This document shows positions 58,401-64,000 of a stretch of 64,000 bases of DNA, piece after piece. The notes below the pieces were generated by a model, which was not told the DNA's origin, made no database searches, and was given only the letters and a program-made list of their open reading frames with translations. The translations under genes and the position numbers were made by a program. Origin of the DNA: an uncultured Geobacter sp. (GTDB taxonomy: Bacteria; Desulfobacterota; Desulfuromonadia; Geobacterales; CAIOGM01); the NCBI GenBank assembly GCA_903902855.1, contig CAIUWK010000095.1, positions 5,887 through 69,886 of the forward strand, written 5' to 3'. Every line of letters starts with the position of its first letter. Positions within the stretch are counted from its first letter, which is position 1.

Positions 58401-59308
58401 AGAGTCTCGTTGAATCCCGTCATCAGGTCACGGAAGTCCCCTTGGTGCTTGGCAGGATCGGCCCGGACGACCAGCTTCCCCGCCATCGCCGCCTGGGTCA
58501 GAGTCCCGGCATCGGCTATCAGGGAACTGATGGCGTCGGACATCTCTTTCATGGCCACGATGATACTCCCGGGGTCCTTCCCTGCCGTGTCGATGATGGT
58601 GGAAAGATCCCCCCGGGCCACTTTGCCGGCCAGTTCAGCCACGAAGGCAGGCTCTCCCCCCAGTTGCCGCCTGATCCCCCGGGTGATGATCCAACCGAGA
58701 CCAAGCCCCAGGAAAATGGCCACCAGGGTGAACAGAGACATGAGCAGGGTAGCTTTTTGGGACAACACATTGTTTTCGTTGGAACTCCGCTTGGCCTGCT
58801 TGATCTTGGAGTTCACCTGCTCCACCAGCGCATCCAGAGCGATGCTGCCGTTTTGAGCGATCTCCCCTTTCAGCAAGAGTGACAACTCCCGGCTCTTTCC
58901 CTCCTCTCCCAACCGGAGCGCCGTCTCCAGAACTCCCTTGTTCAATTTCCAGGAATCGGTAAACTCCCTGAAATGTTCGCGCCCCTCCTTGGTGAGGATG
59001 CTCTTGGCGAACTCCGCAGCATCCTGATCTATGGTATCCAGGAGTTCCCGGGTTTTATCGACCTTTTCCTTTTTTTTCGCGGGGTCCGATTCATCCTGCA
59101 ACTCTTGCAAGGTGAGACGGATGAGGAGGTAGGATGAGATCATCTCCTGAAGTACGCCGATGGGAACCGTGTATTTTTCGTAGAGTCTCGTATCGGCCTT
59201 GTCAATAATTCTGATATTGAAGATTCCCACCCCCCCCACAAGGGCGGCGAAGAATGCCACGATCAAAAATCCGCCTGTCAGTTTCCGGCCGAACGTGAGG
59301 TTTTTCAT
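55451..59308 (-). CDS. Methyl-accepting chemotaxis protein with periplasmic helical sensor, HAMP and an 8-unit poly-HAMP-like array
   Basis: The C-terminal signalling domain carries [41 protein letters not shown]. The N-terminus is paralogous to the kinase at 51491. Eight 91-aa tandem units are present. Confidence 0.9.
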   Translation of the reverse strand: MKNLTFGRKLTGGFLIVAFFAALVGGVGIFNIRIIDKADTRLYEKYTVPIGVLQEMISSYLLIRLTLQELQDESDPAKKKEKVDKTRELLDTIDQDAAEFAKSILTKEGREHFREFTDSWKLNKGVLETALRLGEEGKSRELSLLLKGEIAQNGSIALDALVEQVNSKIKQAKRSSNENNVLSQKATLLMSLFTLVAIFLGLGLGWIITRGIRRQLGGEPAFVAELAGKVARGDLSTIIDTAGKDPGSIIVAMKEMSDAISSLIADAGTLTQAAMAGKLVVRADPAKHQGDFRDLMTGFNETLDAVIGPLNMAAKYVDRIAKGEMPEKISDSYYGDFNEIKLNLNNCIDNITLLIDDTHGLTVSAVEGKLATRANANRHQGDFRKIMIGFNETLDAVIGPLNMAAEYVDRISKGDIPEKIIDSYYGDFNEIKLNLNNCIDNFTLLIDDTHGLTVSAVEGKLAARADANRHQGDFRKIVNGFNETLDAVIGPLNMAATYVDRISRGDIPEKIIDSYYGDFNEIKLNLNNCIDNVTALVTDANLMALNAIQGKLASRADAGRHQGDFKKIIIGFNETLDAVIGPLNMAAKYVDRISKGDIPEKIIDSYYGDFNEIKLNLNNCIDNVTALVDDTNLLVRSAVAGNLAGRADITRHQGDFRKIIAGFNMTLETVIGPLNMAAEYVDRISKGDIPPRITAVYRGDFNEIKSNLNGCIDIMNNLLDEAGRVVLAAAEGNLDERADRRLFVGSWGVLVEGINDIFTNIVTPLRLTASYLDQVTRGEIPPLIAAEYHGEYESTKNNINALLGTMHLLHGEIDAIITAAAAGDLNLRADADRFVGEWRTLIAGINDTVTNIATPLRLTADYVDQVAKGITPHLITSEYRGEYNITKNNLNTLAGTMHNLLAESDMIIKAAATGELKRRADAGQFVGGWRRLVTGINDTMTNIVTPLMLTADCVERISRGELPPLITDHYQGEYRVIIQNLNDLIQAQLRITESAHEVASGNLMVALGKRSADDELMQALITMVRQLTSVVSEVKSAADNVASGSLEMSSGAEQLSHGASAQADAAQQASSSIEQMTANIRQNAVNARETDKIATMVAGDATAGGRAVAETVTAMREIAGKITIIEEIARQTNMLALNAAIEAARAGEHGKGFAVVASEVRKLAERSQQAAQEISKLSFSSMEVAERAEVMLARIVPEIRKTAELVQEINAACREQDSGAGQINKAIRQLDQVIQQNASAAEEMASTAQELSSQAEQLQAAVTFFKTDDSGSRRSEKRRPAMSLC
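56231..58414 (-). repeat. In-frame tandem repeat array, 8 units x 273 bp (91 aa), inside the MCP gene
   Basis: The period was measured from GGGTGTCGTCGATGAGGAGGGTGA at 57961 and 58234, giving 273 bp. Units 1-4 (about 57323-58414) are near-identical ([52 protein letters not shown]...). Units 5-8 are progressively diverged. Confidence 0.85.
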
Positions 59309-59656
59309 GACAAAACTCCCCTAATTCAATGCGACTGGTGTTGAGTGAGGCACTTTTCCGTCTGCTCAAAAGGTCGGTTTCCGGCAGAAGAGACGCAGCT
59401 TGAGTCGTTCATGAGACTAGCACCTGCGTTGCCCCGTTAAAATCTAAATCGTACTCGGCAGGCTCGTTATGACGTATACTTTTCCAGGGGAGCGGCATCC
59501 CAAACGACTTCGCCCGAAAGTTTCCCTTCCCGCGTAATTCATCAAACAGTTTCATCGTTTCGATTGCGTTTGCATTCCTTGCTGCGTTTTTATAGAGTAG
59601 CTCTGCAACCGGACTCGCCGGACATCCTTACTCTAACCAGGAAACGGAATCTGAAG

Positions 59657-61500
59657 ATGACCAGATTTAAGGCAGCTTTTCCCGGCAAGAGAAACGCTAA
59701 AAACCTATCAGGGGAAGACAATGCACCCTTTGACAGAGGATTAGCGTTGCTGCAAAAAGGAGAGCTGGCCCAAACTGAAGCAGTTTTTGTAGAGATGCTT
59801 CAGACCCAGCCCAATCATGCCGACGCGCTGCACTTACTCGGTATCATTGCCCATCGTGCAGCTCATCACCAGCACGCCCTTGCCCTGATAGGCAGGGCAA
59901 TCCGGGTGAACCCCAACAACGCTGCCTATTATAATAACCACGGTATTGCACTGAAAGCGGCGATGCAACCGGACGCTGCCGTCGCCAGCTTTGACCGTGC
60001 CATTGCCCTCAGACCGGAGTACGCAGAGGCATACAACAACCGCGGCAATGCGCTTATGGAGATCAAGAAGCTGGACGCTGCTCTTGAGAGCTATCGCCGT
60101 GCCGTCACCATCAAGCCGGATGCTGAATTTCTCTTCGGTACGTATCTGAATGCAAAGATGCTCGTGTGCGATTGGGAATCCGCCGATGAATGCATCCATG
60201 AGCTCACGAGCCGGATTCAGCGACACGAGAAAGCATCATCACCCTTTCCGGTCCTGGCGTTCACCGATTCACCGGCACGGCAGAGAACGGCAGCTGCACT
60301 CTTCGTGCAGGCGAAGTACCCCTCGGGTACGGCATTGGGCCCCTTGAGAAAAAGAGTACCGGGGGAAAAGATCCGCATCGGCTACTATTCCTCCGACTTC
60401 CACAATCACGCCACTGCATACTTGACGGCTAAATTGTTCGAGTGTCACGACAAGAGCAGGTTTGAGTTGATCGCCTTTTCCTTCGACGCAGCTCAACAGG
60501 ATGAAATGCGTCGGAGAATATCCGCGCATTCGACACGTTCCTTGATGTCAGGATGAAAAGCGATGAAGAGGTGGCGAGGCTTTCAAGAGAGCTGGGAATC
60601 GACATTGCCGTCGATCTGAAGGGTTTTACCGAGGGGAGCAGGACAGGTATCTTTGCCCAACGGTGTGCGCCTCTCCAGGTCAACTACCTGGGGTATCCGG
60701 GGAGCATGGGGGCCGAGTACATGGACTATCTCATCGCCGACAAGACGCTGATTCCCCAGGAGAGCCGACAGCACTACTCGGAAAAAATCGTCTACCTCCC
60801 TGACAGCTACCAGGTCAATGACGTCACGCGAAAAATTTCAGACAAGAACTTTACCCGAGCCGAACTGGGGCTTCCCCAGACCGGTTTCGTCTACTGTTGC
60901 TTCAATAACAATTTCAAAATAGTTCCGGCTACCTTCGATTGTTGGATGCATATTCTCCGTGAGGTTGAAGGGAGTCTGCTGTGGTTGCTGGAAGACAATC
61001 CGACTGCTGCCGGGAATTTGCGTAAAGAAGCCGAACTGAGAGGTGTCGACGCCGGTCGCCTGATTTTCGCCGGGCGGATGCCCTTGGCGGAGCACCTGGC
61101 GCGGCAGAGGGTCGCCGATCTATTCCTCGATACGTTTCCGTACAACGCCCACACCACTGCCAGTGACGCCCTCTGGGCAGGGTTGCCGCTGCTGACCTGT
61201 AGTGGCGAGTCATTCGCAAGCAGGGTGGCCGCCAGCCTGCTCCGTGCCGTAGGGCTGCCGGAGCTCATTACCCTCACGCAACAGGAGTACGAAGCAAGGG
61301 CCATAGAGCTGGCGAAACATCCCGACAAAATATCCGAAGTAAGGTTCAAACTCGAAAGAAATCGCCTCACGACCCCTTTGTTTGACACTCTCTTGTTCAC
61401 CAGGCATATCGAAGCCGCTTACACGGCCATGTATGAACGATCATGCGCAGGAATACCGGTGACGCAGATCGAAATAGAGCGGTTTCTTCCATCCAGGTGA
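59657..61500 (+). pseudogene. TPR + O-GlcNAc-transferase-like (SPINDLY/GT41-type) glycosyltransferase, split by a frameshift near 60521-60526
   Basis: ORF1 (59657-60556) has TPR repeats and the start of the GT41-like domain (IRIGYYSSDFHNHATAYL). ORF2 (60553-61500) has the rest (VNYLGYPGSMGAEYMDYLIAD...FCCFNNNFKI...LDTFPYNAHTTASDALWAGLPLLT). The +1 frame upstream of ORF2 reads AFDTFLDVRMKSDEE, which is contiguous with ORF1 up to ...DEMRRRI. Confidence 0.7.
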
Positions 61501-61515
61501 AGAGAAGGAGCATCC

Positions 61516-62010
61516 ATGTCATTCAATCATTTCGACCACGAGGGGAGTGCCATCATGGTGGATATCAGCGCCAAACTCCCCACGCTCCGGACGGCGGTGG
61601 CCGAGGCCGTGGTTTCCCTGAAACCGGAAACGTTATCCGCCATCCTGGAGGGGCGAGTCACCAAGGGGGATGTGCTGGGGGTGGCGCGACTGGCGGGAAT
61701 CGCGGCAGCCAAGAAGACCCCGGAGCTGATCCCCCTCTCCCACCCCCTGGCCATCCACCATGCGGCCATCGACTTCCGGAGCGATCCGGCCACCGGTATC
61801 ATCCGGGTCAGGAGTACCGTCAGGGCACTGGAACGGACAGGGATGGAGATGGAGGCAATGGTCTCCGCCTCGGTGGCGGCGCTGACCATCTACGACATGT
61901 GCAAGGGAACCGAGAAAGGGATCACCATCGGACCGATCAGACTCCTCTTCAAGGAGGGGGGGAAGAGCGGAACGTATGAAGCCAAAACGAGTGGGGAGGG
62001 GACGTTATGA
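61516..62010 (+). CDS. moaC: Cyclic pyranopterin monophosphate synthase MoaC
   Basis: It carries MVDISAK...TKGDVLGVARLAGIAAAKKTPELIPLSHPL...GMEMEAM..VAALTIYDMCK. Confidence 0.9.
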   Translation: MSFNHFDHEGSAIMVDISAKLPTLRTAVAEAVVSLKPETLSAILEGRVTKGDVLGVARLAGIAAAKKTPELIPLSHPLAIHHAAIDFRSDPATGIIRVRSTVRALERTGMEMEAMVSASVAALTIYDMCKGTEKGITIGPIRLLFKEGGKSGTYEAKTSGEGTL

Positions 62011-62498
62011 AGGCGGCAATTCTGACACTGAGCGACAAGGGAGCACGGGGTGAGCGGGTGGACCAAAGCGGTCCGGCCCTGGAGAAATGGCTGGGGGAGC
62101 GTGGGGTGACGGTGCTGCACACCGAAATCGTCCCCGATGAGCTTGACATCATCTATGTGAAGCTGGAGGGGTGGGCCGACAGCGGCGTCTTCGACCTGAT
62201 CCTGACCACCGGCGGCACCGGGGTATCTCCCCGGGATGTGACGCCTGATGCCACCCGGAAGATCGTGGAACGGGAGATTCCGGGTTTCGGCGAGATGATG
62301 CGGCGAAGCAGCATGGAGAAGACCCCCCATGCCATGATCTCCCGGGCCATCGCCGGGATCAGGAATCGGACCCTCATCATCAATCTCCCCGGGAGTCCCG
62401 GCGGCGCGGTGGAGAATCTGGCGGCGGTTTGGCCGGCTGTTCCCCATGCCGTGGCGAAGATTCAGGGGGACAAGAGCGACTGCGTAGCTCCGGATTAA
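62007..62498 (+). CDS. moaB: MoaB/MogA-family molybdenum cofactor biosynthesis protein
   Basis: It carries ILTLSDKG...DLILTTGGTGVSPRDVTPDAT...IPGFGEMMR...LIINLPGSPGG. The MoaB versus MogA call cannot be resolved by eye. Confidence 0.75.
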   Translation: MKAAILTLSDKGARGERVDQSGPALEKWLGERGVTVLHTEIVPDELDIIYVKLEGWADSGVFDLILTTGGTGVSPRDVTPDATRKIVEREIPGFGEMMRRSSMEKTPHAMISRAIAGIRNRTLIINLPGSPGGAVENLAAVWPAVPHAVAKIQGDKSDCVAPD

Positions 62499-63313
62499 GC
62501 TGTTTCACCACGAAGGTTCCAGCCATCGTCCCGATACTTTACCCGAAGTTCCTCTGACTTCTCCTCTTCCTGCGTCGTGAGCCTCTCTTCCCGCAGAAGG
62601 ACCCCCATCCCCTCCTGAAACGATTCTGCCAGGAGTGACTTCAGCGTAACCTCATCCTCCCTGATACCGGCCTGGCAAAGGGAAAAGGTCTCTGCTCCGA
62701 TACCTTCAGGCGGTTCCCGCATGAAGGTTCCCCCCTCTTCGGCCCTGTTGAGCAGGGGGATGGAGCCGTGCTGGAAGATGACCTCTTTCAACCTCCGCTG
62801 AGCATTACCCCCGATTTTTTTCCCCTCCAGGAGAATATCGTAGCTCTCTTGCCCCGCGAAGCAGAAGGGGGTCCGCCGGCCGAGATGCTGCGCCTGGCTG
62901 ATCTCCGCCGCATAGTGGGGAGCAAGGCCGAGTTTCCCATAAAAAAGGAGGAGAAACGCCGTGAGATACCGGAACGACTCCTTGATAGAGCTGTCAGGAG
63001 GAAGATGATGGGGAGCGCAGATGATGCTGTAGGTCAGCTCATCACCGTGGTAGATCACCCCGCCACCGGTGATCCGCCGGACAAGAGGGATACCGGCGCT
63101 GCGGCAGCGAGCAAGGTCAAGAACCGCTGCGGCATCCTGAAACCGTCCCAAGGAGAGAGCCGCCGGCTCCCAACCGTAGAGACGCAGAATCGGAAGGGAA
63201 CGGTGAGGGTCAAAGGTGAGGAGCAGCGCCTCGTCCAGGGCCATGTTGGTCGCCCCATCCAACGGGCCGGTATCAATGAGACGCCAACTCTGTCCCCCCT
63301 CAGCAGCCGGCAA
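62495..63313 (-). CDS. Lipoate-protein ligase / octanoyltransferase family protein (BPL/LPL catalytic domain)
   Basis: It carries WRLIDTG...NMALDEALL...[18 protein letters not shown]...[12 protein letters not shown]...KIGGNAQRR and lies adjacent to glycine-cleavage P protein. Confidence 0.75.
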   Translation of the reverse strand: MPAAEGGQSWRLIDTGPLDGATNMALDEALLLTFDPHRSLPILRLYGWEPAALSLGRFQDAAAVLDLARCRSAGIPLVRRITGGGVIYHGDELTYSIICAPHHLPPDSSIKESFRYLTAFLLLFYGKLGLAPHYAAEISQAQHLGRRTPFCFAGQESYDILLEGKKIGGNAQRRLKEVIFQHGSIPLLNRAEEGGTFMREPPEGIGAETFSLCQAGIREDEVTLKSLLAESFQEGMGVLLREERLTTQEEEKSEELRVKYRDDGWNLRGETA

Positions 63314-64000
63314 AACAGACGTTCTGGGACCGGGCGGCCCGGGTCTCGTCCAGCCGGGTCACCGGCATGGTGACTGGGAGCGCGGCAAAGGCTGACGGAT
63401 CGCTCTCCGCCAGCTGCGCCGCCTCAATCATAACCTGGATGAAAGCGTCCAGGGTCTCCTTGCTCTCGGTCTCCGTGGGCTCGATCATGATGGCGTCCTT
63501 GACGATGAGCGGGAAATAAATCGTAGGGGGGTGGTATCCCTTATCAATGAGGAACTTGGCGATATCCAGGGCGTGAACCCCCTGCTTCACCTGACGACTG
63601 GCGGAGAAGACGCATTCGTGCATGCAGGTGAAGTCGTAGGGAAGGTCGTAATACTCCTTGAGCCGGGCCATGATGTAGTTGGCGTTGAGGACCGCCTGCT
63701 CGCTGACCCGAATGAGCCCCTCTCGCCCCAGCATAAGGATGTAGGCATAGGCCTTCACCATGACCCCGAAATTGCCGAAGAAATTGGCGGTCCGGCCGAT
63801 GCTCCGGGGGTTCTCCGTCTCCAGGATGAAGCTGGCGCCGCGTTTAACGATCCGTGGGGTGGGGAGGAACGGAACCAGCGCCTCCCTGACCCCAACCGGT
63901 CCGGAGCCCGGTCCGCCGCCGCCGTGGGGGGTGCCGAAGGTCTTGTGGAGGTTGAGATGAATGACGTCGAAGCCCACATCGCCGGGTCTGACCTTCCCCA
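63300..64000 (-). CDS. gcvPB: Glycine dehydrogenase (aminomethyl-transferring) subunit 2 (GcvPB), C-terminal part; gene continues beyond the window end
   Basis: It carries [27 protein letters not shown], the PLP-Lys region. The reading frame is open to position 64000. Confidence 0.85.
   Translation of the reverse strand, partial: GKVRPGDVGFDVIHLNLHKTFGTPHGGGGPGSGPVGVREALVPFLPTPRIVKRGASFILETENPRSIGRTANFFGNFGVMVKAYAYILMLGREGLIRVSEQAVLNANYIMARLKEYYDLPYDFTCMHECVFSASRQVKQGVHALDIAKFLIDKGYHPPTIYFPLIVKDAIMIEPTETESKETLDAFIQVMIEAAQLAESDPSAFAALPVTMPVTRLDETRAARSQNVCFAGC

Noticed and set aside
56231-58414. Regular repeats that might suggest a CRISPR array or a mobile-element tandem array
   Set aside because: The repeats are contiguous, with no unique spacers. 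They are in frame, 273 bp long and encode HAMP-like protein units inside a single 1285-aa ORF.
56321-58882. 853-aa plus-strand ORF with internal periodicity, antisense to the MCP
   Set aside because: Its periodicity only mirrors the 273-bp poly-HAMP repeats of the real minus-strand gene. It has no start context or recognisable motifs.
59412-59555. 47-codon minus-strand ORF (MKLFDELRGKGNFRAKSFGMPLPWKSIRHNEPAEYDLDF...) upstream of the MCP
   Set aside because: No family was recognised and no clear SD is present. It could be a gene fragment, but this cannot be supported without a database search.

Overview
This is a GC-rich (about 60% by eye) chromosomal window. Its gene content looks like a Geobacter-type member of the Desulfuromonadota, which is an inference only. 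No rRNA, tRNA, CRISPR array, transposase or integrase is visible.

Layout:
- (1) 1-490: the 5' end of a trans-sulfuration PLP enzyme gene, preceded by a SAM-I riboswitch.
- (2) 800-20323: two tandem, diverged copies of a minus-strand cassette. Each copy encodes a secreted Pro-rich protein, a secreted terpene-cyclase-fold (alpha/alpha toroid) protein, ebo genes, a sigma-54-driven PEP-CTERM protein, and a large PKD/toroid protein. Copy B (9329-20323) has a complete, translationally coupled eboD-A-B-E-F-C cluster. Copy A (800-9032) keeps eboD and the secreted partners intact, but eboA/B/E/F/C are reduced to a roughly 1 kb multi-deletion relic.
- (3) 20425-27217: a canonical moxR-DUF58-DUF4381-batABCD operon.
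- (4) 28103-36218: a cysteine-rich envelope cluster. It holds a DeoR regulator with a NosL-like C-terminus, two TlpA-like thioredoxins, NosL, a MacB/FtsX-type ABC transporter, a polytopic Cys/His membrane protein, and a PQQ-like propeller/CARDB protein.
- (5) 36900-51476: housekeeping genes (rlmL, aspA-like, nfu-like, hflX, mtnA, glnE and others), interspersed with decayed genes (a PAS histidine kinase and a yhcG-like gene).
- (6) 51491-59308: a histidine kinase and a 1285-aa chemoreceptor that share one periplasmic sensor module. They flank a porin and a small periplasmic binding protein. The chemoreceptor carries an eight-unit tandem poly-HAMP array with a 273-bp period.
- (7) 59657-64000: a frameshifted TPR/OGT-like gene, moaC, moaB/mog, a lipoate ligase family gene, and a partial gcvPB.

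The most interesting candidate is the ebo cluster joined to secreted toroid proteins and a PEP-CTERM module, together with its half-decayed paralogue. All family assignments come from reading motifs by eye. No database search was run.
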